Origin: Clostridiales bacterium
GTDB lineage: Bacteria > Bacillota > Clostridia > Lachnospirales > Lachnospiraceae
Reading direction: 5' to 3'
Length of the DNA: 64,000 bases
Assembly (NCBI GenBank): GCA_029007785.1
Contig: JAQXIM010000137.1
Span: 4,429 to 68,428 of the forward strand
Shown: in pieces, positions 17,163 through 25,156 of the stretch
Position numbering within the stretch: the stretch's first letter is position 1
How the letters are laid out: each line of letters begins with the position of its first letter
The notes under the pieces: generated by a model
What the model saw: the letters and a program-made list of their open reading frames with translations, nothing else
What the model was told of the DNA's origin: nothing
Databases searched by the model: none
Program-made: the position numbers and the translations under genes

Positions 17163-18005
17163 ATGAAAAAGAGAATGGCACTGCTTGTTTGCATGGTGAT
17201 GGGAATGACCATGATGATCGGATGCGGAAACAGTTCTGAAAGCGAGGAAGAAGTTGCCATTACATTATTTGCGGCAAAAAGTCTGAATACGGTAATGGAG
17301 GAGCTGATTCAGCTTTATAACGAAACCAATCCCAACGTAAAGATTGTAGGAAGCTACGACAGTTCCGGAACCCTGATGACTCAGATTGAAGAAGGGGCTG
17401 CCTGTGATGTTTTCTTCTCAGCTGCTCAGAAACAGATGGATCAGTTGGATCTGGAAGATGGGCTGGTGGAAGAAGGAACCAGATACAACGTGGTAAACAA
17501 TCAGGTGTGTGTGGTTACCTGGAAGGGAAGCGGCACAGAGGTAACCGGTCTTTCCGATATGGGTAAGGCAGACAGTATCGCTTTGGCAGACGGATCGGTT
17601 CCTGTAGGAAAATATACCAGACAGGCCATGGTAAATGCCGGTATGCTGGAAGCGGCGGACGATGTTTCTACGATTCCGACAGAAACGGTATCTCAGGCTC
17701 TCGGTGGTGTGGAGATCAATGAATGTGCCAATGTCGGTGCCGTTGCTGCAGCCGTTGCTGAAGGTTCCAATGAAGTGGGAACCGTGTACTATTCCGATAC
17801 ATATGGTTTGGAGGACAGACTGGAGATTCTGGAAATGGTATCTTATGATTTGACCGGAAATGTAATCTATCCGGTGGCTCAGATTAAAAACGGGGAAGCC
17901 AGCAAAGAAGAGGCGGCAGCAGCTAAGGATTTTGTAGAGTTTTTGATTTCAGAGGAAGCCAAATTGGTTTTTCAGAATTACTGCTTTGACACGGATGTGG
18001 AATAA
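17163..18005 (+). CDS. modA: Molybdate ABC transporter substrate-binding lipoprotein
   Basis: Lipobox MMIGCG, then ITLFAAKSL, SYDSSGTL..QI..GA..DVFFSA. Confidence 0.85.
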   Translation: MKKRMALLVCMVMGMTMMIGCGNSSESEEEVAITLFAAKSLNTVMEELIQLYNETNPNVKIVGSYDSSGTLMTQIEEGAACDVFFSAAQKQMDQLDLEDGLVEEGTRYNVVNNQVCVVTWKGSGTEVTGLSDMGKADSIALADGSVPVGKYTRQAMVNAGMLEAADDVSTIPTETVSQALGGVEINECANVGAVAAAVAEGSNEVGTVYYSDTYGLEDRLEILEMVSYDLTGNVIYPVAQIKNGEASKEEAAAAKDFVEFLISEEAKLVFQNYCFDTDVE

Positions 18006-18064
18006 AAAATGTGCGCAGAGAAAAAATCGATTCTTCCATACAAAGAAGAAAGAAGGAGAAATGA

Positions 18065-18769
18065 ATGGATCAGATGATGGTTTATTTGCAGGAACTGGAC
18101 TGGAGCCCTCTGTGGATTTCACTGAAAACCGGTGTGGCTGCCACCATTCTCTCCTTCTTTCTGGGAATCTGGGCGGCAAGAAAAACCATGAAAGCAAGTC
18201 CAAGGGTAAAATCACTGATGGATGGGATTCTGACGCTTCCCATGGTTCTGCCGCCCACCGTTGCCGGCTTTTTTCTCCTTCTTCTTTTCAGTCTGAGGCG
18301 GCCTGTGGGGGCTTATCTGTATCAGGAATGGAATATTAAAGTGGTTCAGACCTGGCTGGGATGTATTCTGGCAGCCACAGTGATTTCGTTTCCTTTGATG
18401 TATCGGAATGCCCGGGCAGCCTTTGAACAGGTGGATGTGAATCTGATTTATGCAGCCAGAACCCTGGGAATGTCGGAGTTCGCCGTGTTCTGGAAGATTG
18501 CTGTTCCTGCTGCCGGCCCCGGCATTGCTTCCGGTACGGTGCTTACCTTTGCCAGAGCTTTGGGCGAGTATGGTGCCACCTCCATGCTGGCGGGAAATAT
18601 TCCCGGGAAAACAGGGACCATTTCCCAGAAAATTGCCATGGTTATTCAGGATGGGAATTATGCCGCGGCAGGATTCTGGACGGCGGTGATTCTGGTGATT
18701 GCTTTCTTCATCCTGTTTTTGCTGAACCGGATTCTCTTCCGAAGTAACAGAAATAACCGGAGGTGGTGA
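18065..18769 (+). CDS. modB: Molybdate ABC transporter permease
   Basis: Multi-TM protein. EAA-like loop ARTLGMSEF..FWKI..P and GEYGATSMLAGNIPGKT, typical of ModB. Confidence 0.85.
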   Translation: MDQMMVYLQELDWSPLWISLKTGVAATILSFFLGIWAARKTMKASPRVKSLMDGILTLPMVLPPTVAGFFLLLLFSLRRPVGAYLYQEWNIKVVQTWLGCILAATVISFPLMYRNARAAFEQVDVNLIYAARTLGMSEFAVFWKIAVPAAGPGIASGTVLTFARALGEYGATSMLAGNIPGKTGTISQKIAMVIQDGNYAAAGFWTAVILVIAFFILFLLNRILFRSNRNNRRW

Positions 18770-18770
18770 G

Positions 18771-19850
18771 ATGGCAGGACTTCAGGTGGATATCAAAAAG
18801 AAATACGGCAGTTTTCAGCTGGATGTGGCCTTTCAGCTGGACCAGGGAACCCTCGGGATTCTGGGGGCCTCCGGATGCGGAAAGAGTCTGACCCTGAAAT
18901 GTATTGCCGGAATTGAGACGCCGGACCAGGGCAGGATTATTCTCCACGATCGTGTATTGTTTGATTCCAACAGAAAGATAAATCTTCCTCCCCAGAAACG
19001 AAAAGTGGGATATATGTTCCAGGATTATGCCCTTTTTCCTCATATGACGGTTGAAAAAAATATCATGGCAGGGATGGGAAGAAAACCGGATCTGTCACTG
19101 GTAAAAAAATACATCCGGCAGTTTCATCTGGAAGGCCTGGAAAAACATGAGCCTTCCTGGCTGTCCGGCGGGCAGAAACAGCGAGTGGCCATGGCCCGGA
19201 TGATTGCTGCCCAGCCGGAGCTTCTGCTTTTGGATGAACCCTTTTCTGCCATGGACAGTTATCTTCGATGGGAACTGGAAGGACAGATGCGTGAATTTCT
19301 GGAGCAGGCAGAAAAGCCGGCCCTTCTGGTTTCCCATAATCGGGACGAAGCGTACCGACTTTGCCAGACCGTGGGATGCATCAATCAGGGAAAGATGGAG
19401 ATCATTGAGCCTGTACGGGAATTTTTTGGGAATCCCAAGACAAGAACGTCAGCCCTTCTTTCCGGCTGCAAAAATATTTCTTCTGCCCGGATTCTGGATG
19501 AACACCATTTGCTGGCAGAGGATTGGGGGATAATTTTCACCATTCCCTGTGTTCCGGCTCATACAAAAGCAGTGGGAATTCGTGCCCATACCTTTATGGC
19601 TTCCGACAAAAGAGACAGGGACAATACGTTCCCGATTGCAGAGTCCCGTATTCTGGAAGATATGTTTGAGTGGAACATTTCTTTCCGGCTCTCAGAGAAC
19701 AGCAGCTGGATGCAATGGAAAATTCCAAAGAAGGAATGGCAGGAGGAACCGGTGGAGGTACCGGAATACGTGACAGTGGACGTGAAGAATATTATGTTTC
19801 TGGCAGAAGACGGTGAGTCCATGAAAAAAGATGGTATCATTGCTGGATAG
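18771..19850 (+). CDS. modC: Molybdate ABC transporter ATP-binding protein
   Basis: Walker A GASGCGKS, signature LSGGQKQRV, Walker B LLLDEP, and a C-terminal extension. Confidence 0.85.
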   Translation: MAGLQVDIKKKYGSFQLDVAFQLDQGTLGILGASGCGKSLTLKCIAGIETPDQGRIILHDRVLFDSNRKINLPPQKRKVGYMFQDYALFPHMTVEKNIMAGMGRKPDLSLVKKYIRQFHLEGLEKHEPSWLSGGQKQRVAMARMIAAQPELLLLDEPFSAMDSYLRWELEGQMREFLEQAEKPALLVSHNRDEAYRLCQTVGCINQGKMEIIEPVREFFGNPKTRTSALLSGCKNISSARILDEHHLLAEDWGIIFTIPCVPAHTKAVGIRAHTFMASDKRDRDNTFPIAESRILEDMFEWNISFRLSENSSWMQWKIPKKEWQEEPVEVPEYVTVDVKNIMFLAEDGESMKKDGIIAG

Positions 19851-19858
19851 ATCAGCAT

Positions 19859-20030
19859 CAGATTTGATGGAGAGTAAAGATGCCGGGAAAAAATATAAGG
19901 ATGGTACAATGATTGGACAAAAACGTGCCGGATTCGATGGAGAATAGGTCTGCCGGGATAAAGTATAAGGATGATACAATAATGAGGCAGAACCGTGCCG
20001 GATTCGATGGAGAGTGAGAATACTGTGGCA
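19859..20030. repeat. 70-nt tandem repeat, about 2.4 copies (roughly 77 percent identity between copies 1 and 2). The third copy runs into the yqeC 5' region.
   Basis: Copies start at 19859, 19929 and 19999 (c[a/g]gatt[t/c]gatggaga...tgccggga...tataaggatg.tacaat...cgtgc). Confidence 0.9.
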
Positions 20031-20072
20031 AAAATATATGGAAAAAATTCCGAGAGTAAAAATGGAACATGG

Positions 20073-20786
20073 ATGGAAATGCCCCCTGACAGGGCGTTTC
20101 CCTTTTTACAGGAAAAAAATCATGTGATTTCCCTGACGGGCGGAGGAGGAAAGACGACACTGATATACTGGCTGGCAGAATATTATGCAAAGCAAGGATA
20201 TCGAACCTTAATTTCTACGACAACCCATATGCAGCAGCCCAGGAAGGATGTGTGGGTACGGGATTGGAAGGATCTGGAGGAACACTGGAAACAGGAAGGG
20301 ATTGCTGTGATGGGAGAAGCCTGTGAGAATGGAAAGATTCGTCAGCCGGAATATACAGTTTTGGAGAGAGGTATCGAAATGGCAGATGTTGTTCTTCTGG
20401 AAGCAGACGGAGCAAAAGGGCTGCCCTGCAAGGTGCCTTCTTCCCGGGAACCGGTGATTTTGCCCCAATCGGATCTTGTGATTGGCGTCATGGGTCTGAG
20501 TGCTCTGGGGAAAACGCTGGAAGAAACGTGTTTCCGTCTGGAAGAAACCATGGCTTTCTTAGGAAAAGAAAAAGACCAGCGATTGACAGAGGAAGATGCA
20601 GCACGAATTCTTTCTTCGGAAAAAGGAACAAGAAAAAGTGTTGGAAACAGAGCATATTATGTCGTTCTGAATCAGTGCGACGATCCGGAGCGTTTCCGGA
20701 TGGGAATGGGAATTCTTCGCCGACTGGAAGACCGGGGGATAGCCGGAGGTGTGATGACCTGCCTGAAGGACGAGGCAGAATGGTGA
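20073..20786 (+). CDS. yqeC: YqeC-family selenium cofactor biosynthesis protein (P-loop)
   Basis: VISLTGGGGKTT P-loop about 20 aa from M at 20073, then LLEADGAKG and VVLNQCD. In-frame alternative starts are at 20007 (ATG) and 19995 (GTG), both inside the repeat. Confidence 0.75.
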   Translation: MEMPPDRAFPFLQEKNHVISLTGGGGKTTLIYWLAEYYAKQGYRTLISTTTHMQQPRKDVWVRDWKDLEEHWKQEGIAVMGEACENGKIRQPEYTVLERGIEMADVVLLEADGAKGLPCKVPSSREPVILPQSDLVIGVMGLSALGKTLEETCFRLEETMAFLGKEKDQRLTEEDAARILSSEKGTRKSVGNRAYYVVLNQCDDPERFRMGMGILRRLEDRGIAGGVMTCLKDEAEW

Positions 20787-20816
20787 AGAGGAAGGGTTTT
20801 CTGGAAAAGTATATCG

Positions 20817-20912
20817 GGATAAAAGGAAACAGAAAGCGAAGGAAATAAAAAGCGACGGAAAACAAGATAGACGGAAAACAAGATAGATGGAAACAGAAAG
20901 GGATAGCGAAAA
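20817..20912. repeat. Purine-rich tract with roughly 16-nt periodicity upstream of moaC (two perfect units plus degenerate units)
   Basis: gacggaaaacaagata occurs at 20854-20869 and 20870-20885. Flanking units are GAnGGAAA-like. ATG is at 20915. Confidence 0.85.
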
Positions 20913-20914
20913 CG

Positions 20915-21394
20915 ATGGGGAAACTAACACATTTTGACGAAAACGGAGCGGCTGTCATGGTGGATATTCATGAAAAAGCAGATACCAACCGGATCGCGGT
21001 GGCTGCAGGAAAAATTCATGTCAGCCGGGAAGTATTTGAGGCGATTACAGAAGGTCAGGTGAAAAAAGGAGACGTTCTGGGAGTTGCCCGAATTGCAGGT
21101 ATTATGGGAGCAAAAAAAAATGCCGATCTGATTCCTCTGTGTCATCCCATCGGGATGACCAGCTGTGAGATCTCTTTCCAATTATCGGAGGAGGAATTGT
21201 CCATTACAGCGATTTGCAGAACCGCCTGCACCGGAAAAACGGGAGTGGAAATGGAGGCACTGACCGGAGTCAGTGTTGCCCTGCTGACAATTTACGATAT
21301 GTGCAAGGCCATGGATCGATCTATGCGGATTACCGATATTCATCTGGTGGAAAAGGACGGAGGAAAAAGCGGCCATTATCAAAGTCCGATTTGA
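20915..21394 (+). CDS. moaC: Cyclic pyranopterin monophosphate synthase
   Basis: GDVLGVARIAGIMGAKK..DLIPLCHP and EMEALTGVSVALLTIYDM are classic MoaC motifs. Confidence 0.95.
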   Translation: MGKLTHFDENGAAVMVDIHEKADTNRIAVAAGKIHVSREVFEAITEGQVKKGDVLGVARIAGIMGAKKNADLIPLCHPIGMTSCEISFQLSEEELSITAICRTACTGKTGVEMEALTGVSVALLTIYDMCKAMDRSMRITDIHLVEKDGGKSGHYQSPI

Positions 21395-21504
21395 CGGATG
21401 AAGATACGTAAGAAGGAATGGATCAGATATTTATTTTAAACCGTTTTGGTGAAAGAATTCTTCTTCGCGGAAGAAGTTAACAGGAAAATCCAAGGGGGAA
21501 TTTT

Positions 21505-21996
21505 ATGTATAAGACAGGTATTATTACATTGAGTGATAAAGGAGCAAAAGGTGAAAGAGTGGATCTCAGCGGTCAGAAGATAAAGGAACTTCTTCCTGCG
21601 GATAAGTATGAAGTGGTTTCTTATGTTCTTTTGCCTGATGCGCTGGATCAAATAGAAGCGGAACTGATTCGTCTGGCAGATGACTGCGGATGTGATTTGA
21701 TTCTTACCACGGGAGGAACAGGATTTTCACCGAGAGATGTGACACCGGAAGCTACTCTTCATGTAGCGGATCGGCAGGCACCGGGAATTGCAGAGGCAAT
21801 TCGTGGATACAGCATGACCATTACCAAAAGAGCCATGCTGAGCCGGGGCGTCAGCGTAATTCGCGGAAACACTTTGATTATCAATCTTCCGGGAAGTCCA
21901 AAGGCAGTAGAGGAAAGCCTCACATATATTCTGGATACACTGGAACACGGACTGGATATTCTTTCGGGACATGGTGGAGAATGCGCCAGACGTTAA
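21505..21996 (+). CDS. mogA: MogA/MoaB-type molybdopterin adenylyltransferase domain protein
   Basis: ITLSDKG, LILTTGGTGFSPRDVTPEAT, and PGSPKA. Confidence 0.9.
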   Translation: MYKTGIITLSDKGAKGERVDLSGQKIKELLPADKYEVVSYVLLPDALDQIEAELIRLADDCGCDLILTTGGTGFSPRDVTPEATLHVADRQAPGIAEAIRGYSMTITKRAMLSRGVSVIRGNTLIINLPGSPKAVEESLTYILDTLEHGLDILSGHGGECARR

Positions 21997-22093
21997 GTGC
22001 GGTCTACCATGTTGGAAAAAAGGTAAAGAAAGAGAATTTAATCTGACGAAAGCAGAAAAATCAGAAAAAACATAAGAATTTAGAGAAAAAGTA

Positions 22094-22122
22094 TTGACAA
22101 TGCAAGTGAGGTGTTGTAAACT
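22094..22122 (+). promoter_or_regulatory. Sigma-A-like promoter for the secreted orphan gene
   Basis: TTGACA (22094-22099), a 17-nt spacer, then TAAACT (22117-22122). Confidence 0.5.
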
Positions 22123-22221
22123 TTAAATATAATCGATTATATTAAAAGTCTAGAATATAATGTTTAAAAGAGATCTCGAGTAATCCTAAGACAAGTACTG
22201 AATTCAACGGAAAGGAGAAGA

Positions 22222-23115
22222 ATGATGAAAAGATTATTCAAATTTGTGTTGTCATTAGTTTTGATACTTTCAATGTTTTCTCAGATTGCTTTTTCGCAAA
22301 CCAGGGCTGTTGTTGACGAAAAACAAGAGGTTACAGAATTAAACGAATATGAAAGTTATTGTTATTTTACTCAGACATCTGATGCGGAGCTACTAAATCA
22401 GGGATATTCTTTGAGTTATATTCGAGATATGAAGCAATTTGATTATGAAAAAGCACTATTAGAGCGAGCTACTCTTCCTATTTCCGAACTTAGAGGATAT
22501 GGGTATACAGACGAACAGATAAGGGAGCTAAAAGCATATGCAAATGGGGAAAAAGCATTTGAAGCTATAGCGCAATTTACAGCTGCCAGTTTAAGTGCAG
22601 ATATTACGTTTTCAAGTTATAGCACATCTTCATATGCATTTTCATATTCTTGGACATGGTCTTCTCTGCCTCTGCAGGTATATAAAGATATGGCAGTTAT
22701 GAAATGGAGCGGAATGGCTACTTCAGGTGCTTTATTGGGGACTGAAATTGGTAGTGTTAGTAGCGTAGTAAAATATTACTATACTACTAATGGAAATTAT
22801 TATACTTCGCAATCGGGCGAGGGAACTATAATAGAAAATGGATATTGGATAAAATTTCCATTGAGAAAAATGGATAATAATAATGCGAATTATGTTTGGG
22901 CAAAAAAAGGAACAGTTTATGCTAAGATTAATAAAAGTGGTACAGCTGCTTTAGCTAAAATGCAAGTAACGGCTATTTATGGGCATACAACAAAAAGTGT
23001 TTCTATTACACCGTCGCTAGGTTCAGGAATGACAATATCCTTTAGTAGTAATGACGGATTAGAATTGAAAGGAAATAAGACAAAATACTGTAGTAGTTCT
23101 GGAGTTATATCGTAA
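22222..23115 (+). CDS. Secreted hypothetical protein (signal peptide, S/T/Y-rich beta-type C-terminal part)
   Basis: N-terminal signal MMKRLFKFVLSLVLILSMFSQIAFSQ and a GGAGAAG SD. The codon usage is AT-rich. No family was recognised. Confidence 0.7.
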   Translation: MMKRLFKFVLSLVLILSMFSQIAFSQTRAVVDEKQEVTELNEYESYCYFTQTSDAELLNQGYSLSYIRDMKQFDYEKALLERATLPISELRGYGYTDEQIRELKAYANGEKAFEAIAQFTAASLSADITFSSYSTSSYAFSYSWTWSSLPLQVYKDMAVMKWSGMATSGALLGTEIGSVSSVVKYYYTTNGNYYTSQSGEGTIIENGYWIKFPLRKMDNNNANYVWAKKGTVYAKINKSGTAALAKMQVTAIYGHTTKSVSITPSLGSGMTISFSSNDGLELKGNKTKYCSSSGVIS

Positions 23116-23263
23116 GCATCAAATATTCCAGCGGATACTCAAATGTAAGAAGTTTCTATATAATTGAAAACAAGATACATGGAGTATTCTACTGCATCTA
23201 CAAGAATAGTGCCGCATGATGAATTCAAGGGATTATGCGGCACTACAGACATAATTATGTTCA

Positions 23264-23315
23264 CAGCCAGTTTTTTCTCTTAGACTCTGTAGAATATAAG
23301 AGAAAAAACTGACTG
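23264..23315. repeat. 19-bp inverted repeat (one mismatch) with a 14-nt loop at the IS66-relic breakpoint
   Basis: cagccagttttttctctta (23264-23282) pairs with taagagaaaaaactgactg (23297-23315). Confidence 0.85.
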
Positions 23316-23564
23316 TTCAGTGACAGTGTGGACGGAGCCAACACTAGTGCTGTGGTCTATATGATGGTCGAGATGGCAAAGAACTATGAGCTGAATATAT
23401 TCAGATATCTAGAGTATTTGTTGGAGCAGTGGCCTGACAGTAGTTGGAGAGATGAAGAACTGGTCGAGTTAGTTCCCTGGAGTGAGAAATTCCAATTTAT
23501 CAAAAACGGAAGGGAAATTAAAGTAAATTACTCCAATATCGTATTGTTCGGGGTCATTTTATAA
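23298..23564 (+). pseudogene. IS66-family transposase C-terminal remnant (truncated, with an in-frame TGA)
   Basis: The frame reads KRKN*LFSDSVDGANTSAVVYMMVEMAKNYELNIFRYLEYLL...LVPWS, compared with the IS66 motif GRKNWLFS..GA.ASA..YS..ETAK.N.LN...YL..LL...LLPW. TGA at 23310 sits where Trp is expected. No N-terminal transposase part is present. Confidence 0.7.
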
Positions 23565-23604
23565 AGACTGCTTTTATATTTTTTGTTTACGTTATATCGG
23601 AGGA

Positions 23605-24345
23605 GTGATTTCTATAGAAAAGGTACAACAATTTTTTCGTAAAAATGTTATAGTGATTATTATTGGACTGATACTGTTTGGTATCATCTATCGGGATGTT
23701 TTTGTACCAGACATATCCTATGTCGGAGCCCTGTATAGTGAGCGCGAGGGTGAAAAATGGCTTTCCGAAAATTACACGGAGTCATACCAATTACTGTCAG
23801 ATAGAATAGGGTCCCGGTATACTTCTGCTGACAGTATATATTACTATGAGATGGTATTGACAGAGACGTATACTTACCCCAGTCGGGAGACAGAATACAG
23901 AATTCTGTATGCTCTTGCAGCGGATCAGTTAGAGAATGGTGTGAAAACTTCAGGTGCTGCAGATGTTACAATATATTTCATCGCGATGAAACAGTCTGAG
24001 GATGGAAAATGGGAAAGAACCCAGGATATTCAGCTGCAGGATGTGGAGGTCACTCTGATGATGTTTGATCCGGTTCAATTGGAGTCGGTTGCCAGTGACA
24101 CCTGTCTGGTGGAGGAGAAGGACAGCAGGCAAAGCGAACACAAAGTATATTCTGTAAAATCAATGAATCAGAAAGATGCAGATATACAGGAAATATCTTC
24201 ACTGCACGTTACGTATACGACAACAGAACCGTTAAAGGAAGACATGGGGATATTCCAGTTGGATACACGATGGATCCCGACAGTAAATCACAAAAAATCC
24301 CAGACGTTGACGACGGTTTGTTTTCCTTTTTTATTGTGTGAATGA
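23605..24345 (+). CDS. Membrane-anchored hypothetical protein
   Basis: GTG start after a GGAGGAG SD. One N-terminal TM helix (VIVIIIGLILFGIIY). No family was recognised. Confidence 0.55.
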   Translation: MISIEKVQQFFRKNVIVIIIGLILFGIIYRDVFVPDISYVGALYSEREGEKWLSENYTESYQLLSDRIGSRYTSADSIYYYEMVLTETYTYPSRETEYRILYALAADQLENGVKTSGAADVTIYFIAMKQSEDGKWERTQDIQLQDVEVTLMMFDPVQLESVASDTCLVEEKDSRQSEHKVYSVKSMNQKDADIQEISSLHVTYTTTEPLKEDMGIFQLDTRWIPTVNHKKSQTLTTVCFPFLLCE

Positions 24346-24461
24346 ATCCTGTTCCAGCAGCTTTTTTACAGAGAATCCATTGTGAAAAAGCTGGAATGTA
24401 TTATTCTTTCCGGAACAGTTTATAATGTGATAATAAAGTTAAGAAAAACATCACAAAAGAA

Positions 24462-24488
24462 TTAGCACTCACCTATTGACAGTGCTAA
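24462..24488 (+). promoter_or_regulatory. CIRCE operator (HrcA binding site) upstream of hsp20
   Basis: TTAGCACTC-acctattga-CAGTGCTAA matches 17 of 18 positions of the consensus TTAGCACTC-N9-GAGTGCTAA. A TATAAT box lies at 24421-24426. Confidence 0.85.
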
Positions 24489-24613
24489 CAACAAGTGGTA
24501 AAACATAATCGAACAAAGGAAAAGGGACTCAGAAAGAAAAATCGACAGCCCCCAAACGCTCCGGGTTCATAAAGAAACATCAAAATGGACATATTTATAA
24601 GGAGGAATGGATT

Positions 24614-25054
24614 ATGTTGATGCCTAGTTTATTTGGAGAAAGCTTATTGGATGACTTTTGGAACATGGAAATGCCGACAGTCAGAAGTTACACTTCTGCA
24701 AAGAACCCCTACGATCTGATGACCACCGATGTGAAAGAGACGGAAAACGGATATGAGATCCATATGAATTTGCCGGGAGTCAAGAAAGAAGATGTGAAGG
24801 CAGAATTGAAAGATGGTTATTTGACCATTCAGGCTTCCACCGCTTCCAATCAGGAAACGAAAGACAATGATGGAAAATATATTCGCCGAGAACGTTACAG
24901 CGGTTCCTGCAGCAGAAGTTTCTTTGTAGGAAAAGAAGTAACTCAGGAAGAGATCAAAGCCAGGTTTGAGGATGGTGTCCTGAAATTGGATATTCCGAAA
25001 AAAGAAGCAAAGAAAGTAGAAGAACAGAAGAAGTACATCACTATAGAAGGTTAA
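24614..25054 (+). CDS. Hsp20/alpha-crystallin small heat-shock protein
   Basis: The alpha-crystallin domain reads DVKETENGYEIHMNLPGVKKEDVKAELKDGYLTI...RFEDGVLKLDIPK. Confidence 0.9.
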   Translation: MLMPSLFGESLLDDFWNMEMPTVRSYTSAKNPYDLMTTDVKETENGYEIHMNLPGVKKEDVKAELKDGYLTIQASTASNQETKDNDGKYIRRERYSGSCSRSFFVGKEVTQEEIKARFEDGVLKLDIPKKEAKKVEEQKKYITIEG

Positions 25055-25156
25055 GTATTGTGATAGGAGAAGAAAGGGGCCGGTTTTACCGGCCCTCTTT
25101 CTTATCGAAAAAAACAGAATGGAAGAGATGGATTTATCGAGGCAGGAGGTGATAGT

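Noticed and set aside
1830-20912. Tandem repeat tracts as possible CRISPR arrays
   Set aside because: The units are contiguous (no unique spacers), only 11-70 nt long, few in number, purine-rich rather than palindromic, and no cas genes are present.
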